From positions 1-62,859 of IMG/VR virus record IMGVR_UViG_3300012665_000949: DNA of 62,859 nucleotides; one strand, written 5' to 3'. The notes under the pieces were generated by a model. The model had not been told where the DNA came from. It ran no database searches and saw only the letters and a list, made by a program, of their open reading frames with translations. The DNA comes from a virus (taxonomy: Duplodnaviria > Caudoviricetes). Position 1 is the first letter of the stretch; each line of letters opens with the position of its first letter. Positions 24,862 through 36,900 of the stretch are shown here, piece by piece. A program made the position numbers and the translations under genes.

Positions 24862-27837
24862 ATGACTCCGCTCGATTTGATGGCGGCGGTTTTGCCGTCT
24901 CCGGGTAACGGCTATTACTGCGCGGTAGAGCTTACAAACAAAAAACAACACGTCTACGGACAAACACTTGAGGAACTCATGCCCACCGTTGAGAAGTGGG
25001 CGAAAGCGGGGCTGGACACATACTTTGCACTGGGCACGTTCGGCACGGACAAGGACCGTACCAAGGAGAACATGCACGCCAGCCAAGTGTTGGCCGTGGA
25101 CCTTGACTGCAACCACCCCAAGGACATCCCGGTCCCAGATAAGAACGGCGAGCTGGTCATCAAGCCCAAGGCATACCCGAGCGCCAAAGCTGCGGCGCAG
25201 GCATTGCAGAAGTTCTGTGAGGACACGGGCCTTGCGAGGCTGGGCGACCCGTGGCTGGTGCATTCTGGTGGCGGCATCCACGCCTACTGGCCGCTTGACG
25301 AGATGCTGTTCAAAGAAGACTGGTATCCGCTGGCCAAGCGCTTCAAAGAGATGTGCATCAAGCACGGGCTGGCCATCGACACCGCTGTCACAGGCGATGC
25401 TTCCCGAGTCTTGCGGGTGCCTGACTCCACGAACACGGGCGTGAAGAACGGTAAAGCTGTGCGCGAAGCCACACGGGTACGCAGCATTGCTGACGGCGGC
25501 AGGTTTGAGGTGGCCGACATCGAGGCCATCCTGACGGCCGAGGGGTTCGGTCCAGACTTCGTGAAGAAGCCAGCCAGCTCCACGCTGGCGCTGCCCGGGC
25601 AAAGGCCAACGGGTGTCAGTGCACCGTCCACGTTGACAGCAATTGCGCAGAACAGCGTGACGTTTTTCAAAAAAATTCTAGTTAAAACCAAAAATGGCTC
25701 AGGCTGCGCACAGCTTGCAAACTACGTGGAGAACGCATCGGACGATGGCATGGAGCCAATCTGGCGCGGGATGCTCAGTTGGGCCAAGGTCTGCGCGGAC
25801 GGCGAGAAGGCAGCTACATGGCTCAGTGACCTGCACCCCTACCCCCACGAGCGCATGCACCAGAAGCTGGCTGAGATCAAAGGCCCGTACTCATGCGCTG
25901 CCATGGACGACATGAACCCCGGCGTGTGCCGCAATTGCAAGCACTGGGGCAAGATCACCAACCCCCTGATCTGGGGCAGAGAAATGTCAGTGGTCACTGA
26001 CGAGACCACGATCGAGGTGCAAAGCAGTGCAGCGGACAATGCCGCTACTGTGGAGATCGCCCAGCCTGAGCCGCCAAGGGGGTATGCGTATGGGGAGCGT
26101 GGTGGTGTTTTCTTGGAGCGGGAAGAGGAAGACGGTGACGGGCACGTTGTGAAGAAGCGTGTGTTGCTTTGTTCCAACACTATTTTTCCTGTGGACATCC
26201 TGAACAACAACGGCAGCCACGAGGTGCACTTCTGCGTCATCAAGAACAAACAGCTACATGAGGTGCTGGTGCCGCAAAAGTGCATGGCCAGCAAGGACGA
26301 GACGATCAAGCACTTGGCCAACCAGAACGTCATGGCGGCGTTTGGTTCAGGCAACGACCAGAACTTTTTCTCGTACATCCGCGCCAGCGTGGAGAAGATC
26401 AGCTTCGAGAAGAACCCCATCAAGATGCCGCCCAGCTACGGCTGGCAGGACGATGACACCTTTGTGTTTGCAAGCCGCGTGTACAGCCCAAATCGCCCAC
26501 CCGTGATGGTGCCGATGACAGAGTTGCAAAACATTGTGAGCAGCACCAAACCCACTGGCTCTCTGGATGCGTGGAGAAACGTCATCAACATGATGGTGCG
26601 GCGCAAGATGTGGGATCAGTTGGCCGTGGTGCTGGCGGGGGCCGCCGCTCCCCTGATGCGCTTCACGGGTCTGCTGGGTATGACGGTGCACGTAGCCTCC
26701 ACCGAGTCCGGCACAGGCAAGTCGCTGTCGCTCGACGCAGCAGCATCCATCTGGGGCCATCCGATCCACTACCGCACAGGCTCGGGCACATCACCTGTTG
26801 CTATGCAGCAACGCCTTGGTCATCTGCGCAGCCTGCCGCTCATCACGGACGAGATCACGACCAACAACCGCAAGGACTTTGAGTGGTTCCCTGCCTTCTT
26901 GTTCAGTATGAGCGAAGGGCGCGGCAAAGAGCGCATGGAGTCGGGCACCAACAAGGAGCGCCTGAACCTGTCTACATGGGCCACACTGGCGCTGATGTCC
27001 TCCAACCGCCCTGCCGTTGACTACATGACAGGTGAGCGCAAACACTCGTCCGAGGGTGAGCTGCGCCGCATGATCGAGTTCAACATGGACGTGAAGCTGG
27101 AGTGGTCGCAAGAGGAGATCGAGATCATCAAAACGCTGCCGTTTAACTTTGGCGTAGCGGGCGAAATCTTGGTGCAGTACTTGGTGGACAACATTGGGCT
27201 GCTGCGAGAGCTGGTGCCCGAGTGCGTACGCCGCATGTACGACGAGTACAAGGCCCCCAACGATGAGCGGTACTGGATGGCGGGTGTGGGCACGATCGTT
27301 GCAGCAGGCTTACTTCTGAGCGACAAGTACACGGGCATCGTCAACATCCCCTTGCAGGAGATCATTGAGTCGTACCGCCGCCAGATCGAACACCAGCGTC
27401 AGGCCATCAAGGGCGGCAAGCGCACGGCCGAGGATGTGCTCAACTCGTACACGCAGGAGTTCCAAGGCAAGTTTGTCATCGTCAAGTACGGCGAGAAGGC
27501 CAGCCCTGCTGCCATGTTTGGTGACGGTACAACGGTGGGTAGGACTACAACGCGCCAAGAGATCATGGGCCGTGTCGAGCATGGCGTTAATCCGGGCTAC
27601 GTGGACTACTACATCGAGGAGCGCTTGCTGCGTGCGTACTGCTCCAACATGAGCTTCAGTTACGCCACGTTCAAGAAAGACATCGCGCAGTCGTTCATCG
27701 TGCAGCAGGTGGCCAAGAAAGACATGACTGCCAAGACGGACGGGCCTCCGATGCGCGTAGCAACACTGCGCCTGAGCGCGAACATGAGCACACTCGATGA
27801 CACGGTACTCCAGAGTATTCCCATGGTTACGGGTTAA
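24862..27837 (+). CDS. Primase-helicase (AEP/RepB-like primase, DUF927-like region, P-loop)
   Basis: AVDLD, SGGGIHAYW, D.SRVLRVP.S.N, C..C.H, ESGTGKS, ITDE, GRGKER. Confidence 0.85.
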   Translation: MTPLDLMAAVLPSPGNGYYCAVELTNKKQHVYGQTLEELMPTVEKWAKAGLDTYFALGTFGTDKDRTKENMHASQVLAVDLDCNHPKDIPVPDKNGELVIKPKAYPSAKAAAQALQKFCEDTGLARLGDPWLVHSGGGIHAYWPLDEMLFKEDWYPLAKRFKEMCIKHGLAIDTAVTGDASRVLRVPDSTNTGVKNGKAVREATRVRSIADGGRFEVADIEAILTAEGFGPDFVKKPASSTLALPGQRPTGVSAPSTLTAIAQNSVTFFKKILVKTKNGSGCAQLANYVENASDDGMEPIWRGMLSWAKVCADGEKAATWLSDLHPYPHERMHQKLAEIKGPYSCAAMDDMNPGVCRNCKHWGKITNPLIWGREMSVVTDETTIEVQSSAADNAATVEIAQPEPPRGYAYGERGGVFLEREEEDGDGHVVKKRVLLCSNTIFPVDILNNNGSHEVHFCVIKNKQLHEVLVPQKCMASKDETIKHLANQNVMAAFGSGNDQNFFSYIRASVEKISFEKNPIKMPPSYGWQDDDTFVFASRVYSPNRPPVMVPMTELQNIVSSTKPTGSLDAWRNVINMMVRRKMWDQLAVVLAGAAAPLMRFTGLLGMTVHVASTESGTGKSLSLDAAASIWGHPIHYRTGSGTSPVAMQQRLGHLRSLPLITDEITTNNRKDFEWFPAFLFSMSEGRGKERMESGTNKERLNLSTWATLALMSSNRPAVDYMTGERKHSSEGELRRMIEFNMDVKLEWSQEEIEIIKTLPFNFGVAGEILVQYLVDNIGLLRELVPECVRRMYDEYKAPNDERYWMAGVGTIVAAGLLLSDKYTGIVNIPLQEIIESYRRQIEHQRQAIKGGKRTAEDVLNSYTQEFQGKFVIVKYGEKASPAAMFGDGTTVGRTTTRQEIMGRVEHGVNPGYVDYYIEERLLRAYCSNMSFSYATFKKDIAQSFIVQQVAKKDMTAKTDGPPMRVATLRLSANMSTLDDTVLQSIPMVTG

Positions 27838-27985
27838 GAGGGGGCAGGGGTTTTTCGTCCCCTGCCTCGACACCGAGAAGGTGCGCAGCACCGGTCTCAA
27901 TGAAGCGCTGCGCTGCCGTATCTTCGACGCTAAAGCATACCCCGCCGTCCACAAGGGACTTAGCGGGGTGTGGTTCTTTCGGTAG
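27797..27985 (+). CDS. Small hypothetical protein
   Basis: FPW...G.GFFVPC...GVWF.R; last plus-strand ORF, overlaps the 3' end of the giant gene. Confidence 0.5.
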   Translation: MTRYSRVFPWLRVKRGQGFFVPCLDTEKVRSTGLNEALRCRIFDAKAYPAVHKGLSGVWFFR

Positions 27986-30900
27986 CAGCGTAGAACTGCA
28001 ACGCCATCCGGTTTTGCATATCTTTGAGCTGCTGCACCTTTGCTTCTTTTTCCGCTCCGGACAGTTTTGGATTGGCAATGATCTTGCGCTCCATATCAAA
28101 CAACTCGCCCATGCGCTGCCTGAACGACCCGGCCATTGGCGCACCGACAATCAGCGCCGCATTTTCTTTGGCATATGCAACAGCCCGATCTTTCTGGCCT
28201 CGGTTGATGTAGTCTTTGTACGTCTGCTGCGCTTGGATTACGTCGCCCATGCGATCGTACGCACGCTCGACAATGAACCGGCCCTCAGAAGGCTGGAACA
28301 ACCCGCCAATAAACGGCTGACGCGATGCGCCAACAGGCATCTTCTCGCCCTCTGCTGCATCGCGCAGCAGCGGGTTCAGCGTGGACATGAGCGCCACACC
28401 CAGACCGCCGGTATAACCGCGAACAAAATGCTCGACCAGCAAAGGCGAGATGCCAACAGTGCCTGTCACGCTGCCCAAAGTTTTGGCCAGTTCTGTTGTG
28501 CCCGGACGGAAGCGTTGGCCTGCTTCCAGCAGTTTTTCACGCGCCGATTCAATTGGTCCAAAGGCCGTCTCGCCGTAGAAGGCTTCAATGATTGGCTTGG
28601 GGGCCGCAGGAACAACGCCCGGTGCCGAGTTCAGCAACAGTTTACCGATGGCTTTGGAGGCTTCGCTGCCCGTAGCACTGCCCATGGCAACATCCACAAG
28701 CGCTTGCGGAAGGCCCATGAACAACAAGCCCACTTCAAACGGGAATGGGATTTTGAGCGGGTCTTTGACGCCGGGGATGTTGACAAAAAAGTTGCTGTAC
28801 CGTTCTTCCGGCTTGGCCTTCTTGTAGTCTTCGTCGTCTTGCATCATGAAGGCGTACGCCAACGAGCCCGCAAACAGCATGGCACCACGCGCTGCAATCT
28901 TGCGCTGAATCTCAAGCTGCTCGTTGAATGGCATGTCGCCCTTGAACGACCGGTACAGCACGTCCAGACCTTGAATCTGTGCGTTGAAGAACGGGACCAA
29001 CGTGCTCATCATTTGCATGCTAGGCGACAAACCACGGCGACCAAAGTTGGCCGACTCCATGGTGCGGAACTGCGCCTTGGCTTCAGAGAACCCTTTTTTA
29101 ATCGAGTCGTTGTATATTGTTGCCCGGGTAGCGGCATCAACTTGCAGCGCCATGGTGTCCAGCTTGCCCAAGAATTTATCCCAACCGCCGCGCCCGGCAG
29201 CTACGTCGGTTAAAAACTTCTGCATGTCGGCTTCGCCGCCAGTGTAGATGTTAGAGCTGACCACAAGCCCGCGCATAAGCGCCTGCTCAGCGGGGCTACG
29301 CCCCATTTGCATCTTGGCCAGTTCCCGCAAAGCGTTGGCAATCGGAACACCGTCCACACCCGAGACAATGAACGCGTTAGTCGGTTCACGAACCAACTGA
29401 CGCACAATGTACGCCGGGCTGCGCGTAATGAACTTGCGCAGGATGTCAGCAGGAATGCCCATCATCTTAACGACATCAGGGATGGTTGTTTTGATACCTT
29501 CCATGCCGCGCACAATTAGCTCTGCCGGGATACCAAAAGTATCGGCATCAATTACCCCAAAGTAGTCTTCGCCGTCAACCTTGTAGTGAACAGTACTGGG
29601 GTTGGCCAGCCCTGCGCCTTTGCCCATCTTGGAAACAAAACCCGCCTTGTACAACGCGCTTGTCGTTTCCATCATCGCTTTGTTGTGCATGGCCATGCGA
29701 GTAAGCATGAACGTGTTTTGCACGGCGCTGGTCAAAATTGGTTGAATCTTCTTCTCGTCGCCCAAGAACTGCTTGAGGTCTGGGTTGTCTTTGATGTTGC
29801 CAATCGTGATTGGGCGCTCCCCCAACACAAACAGTTTGACGTTGCCGTCTTCAACTCGGTAGAAAGGCACGTAGGGCTGCTTGTTTAAGCGCCGAACTTC
29901 GTCCTTGCTCAAGTACCCCGACTGTGCGGCAAAGTTCAACAGACCTTCGTTGTACGTTTTGTACTCGCGCATTGCCTCTTCCATGGCGTCTTTAACCTTG
30001 GGGTTGGCGTTCATCTTGTTGACGTAGGCGTTGTACTCGGCTTTGGCCCCTGCGGGGTCTTTGGCCTGCAAACGCTCCCAACCGTTGGCTACAGCGTTGG
30101 CACGCTGTCCGGCAATCAGTACCGTCAGCATTGTTTCAGCTTCTTGAGGATTCATGCCGCCCGCCTTGGCTGCACGCTCAACCGCACTGCTGACGTTTAC
30201 AAGGGTTGCACCGGGCGTGGACTCGTAGCGGTACTCAGTGGTAGTACCAACCTTGTCAGCAACAATGCGAACCGGGCCGGACGTAATGAACTGACCGGCA
30301 GCCTGTGTCACTTTGTCGCCCATACGCATGAAGTACTGGGCATTAAACGCTTCAGCAGACGACAGCTTACCCGCGCCTTCGGCCTTTATAAGCGCTGCAT
30401 CCGCAGCACCGAGGCTGTCAAAATACTGAACACGCCCGGCCAAACCAAACAAGTTGCCTTTGAGGGTGGCCAGCTTGCCGGGTTCGTTTCCCACGATGGC
30501 CGATGCTGGCGGTGCTTCCCGGCGGAAGATAGAAGGCACAGCCTGCTTGCCCACATTCAACGTGCTCGATGGCGAGTAAATCTGCTTGATGAGGGCGCTG
30601 GTCTGGTCGCTAATCTTTGCAATCGGCTTGTTGCTCCACAAGCGAGTCAGTGCGTGCCAGAACCGTTTGTACCATGGCTGCTTGTCCACAGCAGCGCGGA
30701 ACTCGCGGTTGGACTGCATCTCCGACACAAACTCTTCTACGTCGCTGATACCGTACTCGGTCTTCAAGTCCCGGCGCTTCTCAAGCTGTTTAAAGATGGC
30801 AATGATCTCCCGCTTGGCGTTGCGCTGTTGCGGCGTCAGAGCGTCATCAGGAGTGCGCAAAACTTTTAGCGTCACCGCGTGCACAGCTTCGTGGATGATG

Positions 30901-33900
30901 TCCTCATCGTTGATTGCTTCAGGGCGCATCCGCACAGTGTTGTTCTGCGGTGTGTACAGCGCAGGCACAGGCTGACCATCGTGCATCAGATCAGGGTCAA
31001 TCACGACTTTAGTGCGCGTCAGCAACCGGCGAATGTCTTCTGCGGTTTCTCGTACCAGCGGGTTGCTACTGTCCACGGCCAGTCGCTCAACAGCTTCAAC
31101 AAAACGCCCGTCCATGATAGCGTCTTTGACCGCAAGGTTTGACTCGGTCCGAGCAGCATCTGGGTTGTATTGGACGGCTACGTCAAAACTGCCTTCATCA
31201 CTGATACCGCGACGGCCGCGTTGTTCGGCTTGCTCAAGCTCTACGCCTGCTTCTTCTTGGCCGGGTTTGGCAGAGACGTTCCGAGACTCTTCAATCGCGT
31301 CTTCTGCTTGTTCCTTGGCCGATTTGTTAGATTTAAGCCCTGCCGCCACGTTAGCTTCGGCGTCTTTCAACATTTGAAATGCGCGGTCTCTCGCCTGCTC
31401 CGCTTCTTCTACAGCATCTTTGGCCAGCTCTTTGGCCGCAGGTGTCTTAGCTGCTTGGTAGTCAGCCTCTGCTTTTTCAAAAACAATTTTTGCCGCGTTA
31501 AAACGTTCACGCGCAGCAACAACGGTAGCAGCTCCGGGAACCCGGATGATGTCGTTACCTTCTTTAATTTTTTCCTTGACCTGCGCATCAGTCATGCCGT
31601 CAGTAGCGGCATCAAAAGCTGCTTTGAGTTCGGCCTTGCGCTCTCCGGTAGCGGCATCCAGTTTTTGTTTCAGTACCGCCAAACTTACTGAGTTGGCATC
31701 GGCGCGGTTCATATCCGAAGCTGTCAGACGCACTGCGCCTGCTTGCATGGGTCTGTTGCCCTTGGCAATAGCTTCCCTTGACTCCGCCGTACCAGACAGC
31801 ATCTGGCTTGGCGGCTGCGTGCCCACACGCGTAACAGGGCCAACACGTTGGCGACCCAAACGAGTGCCGGGTTCAGCCAACGGCTCCACACGTTCAACAG
31901 TGCGATCTTCCGCACCTTCGCCCACCGGCGTAACAACGCGCTCGCCCAACTGGGTGACGCTTTCGTAGTCCCGTTCCAGTTGTTTGACGATAGGCGTCAG
32001 GCGCTGAACTTCTGCTACGTTGTCTTGAGCCTGCGCTTTTTCCAGCTCGGCTTGGCGAAGGTTCAGTGTGTCGCGTACCACCTTACGTGTCTTAACCACC
32101 AACGACGAAGTCGTATCGCTTTCGTAACGAGTTCCGGGCAAACCCAGACCTTCGCGGATGCGGGCCAGAGCAGCGCGTTCGTCGGTGGTGTACCTGAACG
32201 CCGCCAGTTGATCTGGGGTTTGTTTGGCTGCTTCTTTGCGCTCAGCAACTCTGGCCCCAGCAAGTGCTTGATTGGCTTTCTTCAACTGTGCCGCCGTCTC
32301 GGCATTTTCTTTTGCGGCGGCTTCCAACTGCGGAGTCAACTTTTGAATCTTGTCAACTTCAGTGTCAATCACACCCCTGATGTCGTTGCCGTAAGCGCGT
32401 GTCAGCCCCAACTGTTCCAGTCGTGCTTTCTTATACGCAAACTGGTACTGCGCAAGTTCCGCTGCTGCATTGTTGTAGGCGTCAAGCAGAGTGTTATACC
32501 CACCAAAACCAGAACGCCGCAGCCAGTCCGCCAACTTCATTGCGGTTATGTCGCTGACTTCGCCGGGTGCAATAGGCAGTAACGCCGACTGACGCTCAAG
32601 CGCAGTGTTTAGCTCGGCCAGCGTAGCTGTTTTGCTTGCCGAATCTGGCAGTTTTTCTGCTGCGGTAATTTGCTTCAACGTGTTTTCGCGCAGCTCGTTA
32701 AGTTTGCGTTTGAACGAATCCAGCTCTTGTTGCGCAAAATCAAGTTCTTGGGATGCCAGAAGCGATGCGGCGTTTTTCTCTTTGATCAATCCGTTAAATG
32801 CCAAAGTCCACGCATCGCCTTTGCGTTGGGCTTCTGCAAGCAACGCGCCAATTGTCTGTGTAATATCCTTCAGGTTACCTTCATAGGCTTCCTGCGTTTT
32901 TTTGTGCGCTGCTTTAATGCCGCGAATGTCGTCTTCTACTTCGTTTCGATACATCTCCACAGCGCCGCGCTTGGTGCCAAAACGTCCCAGACGAGAAGCA
33001 ATTTGCTCCTTCATTTCCGTCAGACGAGCAATCGCGTCTCCAACGGTGTTGCCCGCAGTGGTTGTTTTGAGCGCGGCATAAGTCTGCTGCATGTTCTCAA
33101 CCTGCTGCAGTTGCGCAGGTTCCAAACCGCTTGCCAAGAGCTTTTCAATTTCGGCTTCAACGTCTGTGGCTACGCTGTCAGGGTACACCTGAACAAGCGC
33201 GTTGTTCATGTTCTCAATGTTTTTGGTAGAGCGGGCAATCTGTTTTTCCAACGACTCCTTTTCTGCGGCCTTACCTGTTGCTTGTTTTTCAACGTCCTGT
33301 TGATACGCACGCAGCATGCGAGACGACAGCGCTACTTTTGCTTCAGGCACAGGCGCAGATGTTTTCTTTTCCACCTTGGTAATGCCCCAGCTCGACAGCT
33401 TCTTGGGCAGTGTACGAACTTGCCCAGATGAAGTGCGGTAGCCTTCGCCTGCAATCAACCGTTCTGCTTCTGCTGTGCCGGGCGCAGCGCCGGTACGCAC
33501 AGCTTCTTGCTGTTCGTAAGCGCGTTGACGGCGTTCAAGATCGGCCATCTCGGCACGGACTTTTTCTTGCTGCTGCAGGTTGTCTTGCAGTGCGTTTTCC
33601 GCCAGCTTGCGGTTGCTACCTTTAACAAGGTTGTTGAAATAGTTGATCTCTTTGCGCTGCTCCTCGGCGCGTTCAAGGTCGCGGGGGGTTGCAACAATGC
33701 GCTTGGGGTAGCGCTTGCTCAGTACGGCCGCTTTTTGCGGTGGCCATGTTTTTACGATCGGGTCATTTGACTGCACCAAGAACGCTTCGTACTGCTCTGT
33801 TTTCATAGCAGCTACTTGGCGCAAGTAGCGGGTAGGGTCCGAGTCCCCTGACGCACGCGCTTTGCGCAGCTCTTCTTCCACGTTTTTCAAAGCTACCAGA

Positions 33901-36900
33901 CGCTGCTTGGCGTCCTGCAGTTTGGCAGGGTCCACAGCCTTAAGGCCAGCGCGGCGTTCAAAACCGGGCAAAGTGCTGGTGCGTTCGCGTGGTGCAGTTT
34001 CCCCGCGCTCTTCCAGTTTGGCAATTTCAAATTCAAGATTGCTAATGGCTTTTTCAACCGCAGCAACGCTTTTTTCTTCGCCCACAGTTTTAAAGTAGTC
34101 AAGTTTTGATTTGGCGTCCTCTAGCGCCCTAGTAAGGCTGGCCATTGTTGACTCACCTTGCTCACCGCGCTCACGCTCCCGGGCTTGTGCAAACTCATCA
34201 AAGCGTTCGCTTCTGCGGCCAGACGCTGCTTGCAACCGAGCTTCAGTTTCTTCAATCTGATCTTCGACTTGGCGCAGGCGTGGCGTTTCTTTGCTGTACT
34301 GTTCGGCCAGCGCTTGCAGTTGGGGCGTAGCGCCAACTTGACCACGGCGCTCCATACCTGCGCGAATGTCATCGCGCTCTTTGTACAGAGCGTCCAGCTC
34401 ACGCTGAATGCGGTTCTCTTTGCCACGCGCTTTTTCCAAACCGCCAAATAAATCAGCAGTTCCGGGAGCCGTTTCTTCCGCTTCAAACAAAGGCGTTTGA
34501 CGTTCGGTCAAATCGGCGTATGTCTTTTGTACGTTGTCCAATTCGGTCAACGTGCTGTCACGCAAATCTTTGAGGTCGTTGAGGCGTGCCAGTTTTTCTG
34601 GATCAGATGGGCGTCCAGCTTTTTGAATGGTGACGTTGTACTCTGCAAGGCGTGTGCGCAGCTCTTTGGCGCGGTCCATCAAGTCTGCGGCTTGCTCAAT
34701 CGGAGCAACGCTGGCTTTCTGGGCAGCGGGCTTAGCCGGTGCTGGGGTTGTTTTAGCTGCTGCGGATGCCTTGCGTGGGGCAAGCAATTTAAGTTCACCT
34801 GTGTCGGGCAACACGCGGGTAATTGCTTCTGTAGCAGGCATGCCTTGCTCAGTTAAGCGTTTGATACCAAGGCCTGAACCAACGGCTTTACCTTCTAGCT
34901 CAAGATAGGCTTCGGTTTCGCCGGTAATGTTGTCACGCTCAACAATGATGTTTTGTGGTTCGCCATCTACCGTGGTCTCATAGCGATACCGGGTAAGGTC
35001 TTGGTTTACTTCGTTGTTCTTGTATATGCGCGTGCGTGTGCCGCCGTCACGGGTAACGGAACGCTCCAACTTAACGCCCGGACGAAGTTCTTTAGACTCG
35101 ATAATGCTGTCGCTGCCTTCCCCAGCAGGGACATCTGCGGCAAGCTCTTTCTGTGCACCAACGTCAAACAACGAAGCCTGACCAAGCGTTTGCCGTTTTT
35201 GTTGCGCTTGCTTGGCTTGGGCTTCATCCGCAGTCAAGGCTTTTTCGCCGGTAATGTACGGCAGCATGCGGTCAATGAGCTCCGCAACACGAGCATCACT
35301 GGCTTGTGTGATTTGGGAAGCAGCATCGGGCTCACGAACGGCTTTGTCCCGTCCAATTTTTAATTTGCGCTCGACTTGTGCAAGTGTGTTTTCAAGAGTG
35401 GCTGTTTCGGTGCGCACCAACTCCAGCGCTTTTGACGGGCCGTACTTTGAAAAAGTGTTGTACTCGGCCTCAAGGTCTCTGAGCTTGGCCTTGATCTGGT
35501 CGCGCAACTTCTCGCGGTCTGCACTACGAAATGCGTTTTCCTTGGCTTCTTTGTCGAACGACGCCCAATCTTGCTCGTTTTCACGCACCAACATGCTGGC
35601 GCGTGTTGCCAAGTTAAGTTTGCCGCCGGGTTGCACACGGTATGGCTGCGCACGTTTTACGCGTTCACTGGCGGGTTTGCTGGCTTGGCGCATGATCTCA
35701 CGCGCTTCATCCAACCGAGCTTTACGCAATCCCACTTCAAAGTCGGTAAGCCCCTTTTCCCCCATGCGGAACAAGGCGTCTGTCTCTTTAGCCACGGTTT
35801 CGCTACGACGTTTGGCTTCTTCCCGAGCGGTTGCAATTTCATCAGCCAGCGCTCTGTCAGACGCATCCCCCGTATCAAACGCCAACTCGCCTTGTTTCTC
35901 TTCTTGGGCAAGCTGTGGGGTCAAGCGGCGAATAGCTTCAAAGTCACCGGTGGCTTTAGCCGCGTCCATCTTATCGCGCAAGTCGCTCACGGACGGCATC
36001 TGCGTCACGGTCTGCACAAACGGCTTAAACTGCTGCAGGTTTTTAAGTGCAGTTTCCAACCGTTCCATGTCGGTAATGATCTTCTGCTCTTGTGCGGTGG
36101 TGGTTGCGTCAACCAGTTTTTGCTGAGTCTGCTCTAGCGCAGTTTGCAGTTGCTTTTGCGCCGTGTTGTACGTGTCCGCATCGGGCACCAGTTTTTCCAA
36201 CGTGCCTTCTAGCGCATTGATCTGGTTTTGGAGCGGCTGCTGTTGGGCAGGTGGCAATCCTGCCTGTTTCTTTTTCAGATCGTCAATACGTGCTTTGATC
36301 TGTGTGGCTTGCGCAATGTCGGACGTGTCCTCGGCTTGGTACGTTGGTTCTTTACCAAAGACAGCTTCGGTGGCTTTCTTCTCTGCGTCCATTTTGCGCA
36401 TGAGGGGCGTAGCTTCAACGCGTTCCCGAACAAGGGACTCGTATTCAGGCGTTGCCCTAAAGTCTTTGAGCTCCTGAACTGCCAGCTTCTTTTGCTCGGC
36501 GGCAAATTGCTTAGATGCGGGGTCAGTGCCTTCCGGCTTTATTTTGGTTTTTTCTTCAAGCTCTTTCTCTTGCTTAACCAACGCGTCGTATCGCGTCTGC
36601 AGGTTCGTCAGGTACTCTGGCTTGGCGCGTTCTGCGGCCAGTTGCTGTTTTGCTTCTTCGGCGCGTTGAGCTTCCACCTTGGCGGCGGCTTCGGTCTCAA
36701 GACGAACGGCTTCTCTTGCTTGGGATTTTGCACCGCCGCGCTCGAACGCACGGCCGACTGGGGCAATAGCGCCACCCAAAACGGCTCCGCCGATAAAACT
36801 CTCGATGTACTCCTTGCGGGCTTCTGGGTCGGTCAGGCTTGTGCCTGCTTGCAATCGCTCCAGCACTTGTTGCACGGTTTCGGTGAAACCTTCACGGCCC

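Noticed and set aside
27842-27868. GGCAGGGG/CCCCTGCC hairpin as a terminator
   Set aside because: No U tract on either side, and it lies within a plausible small ORF
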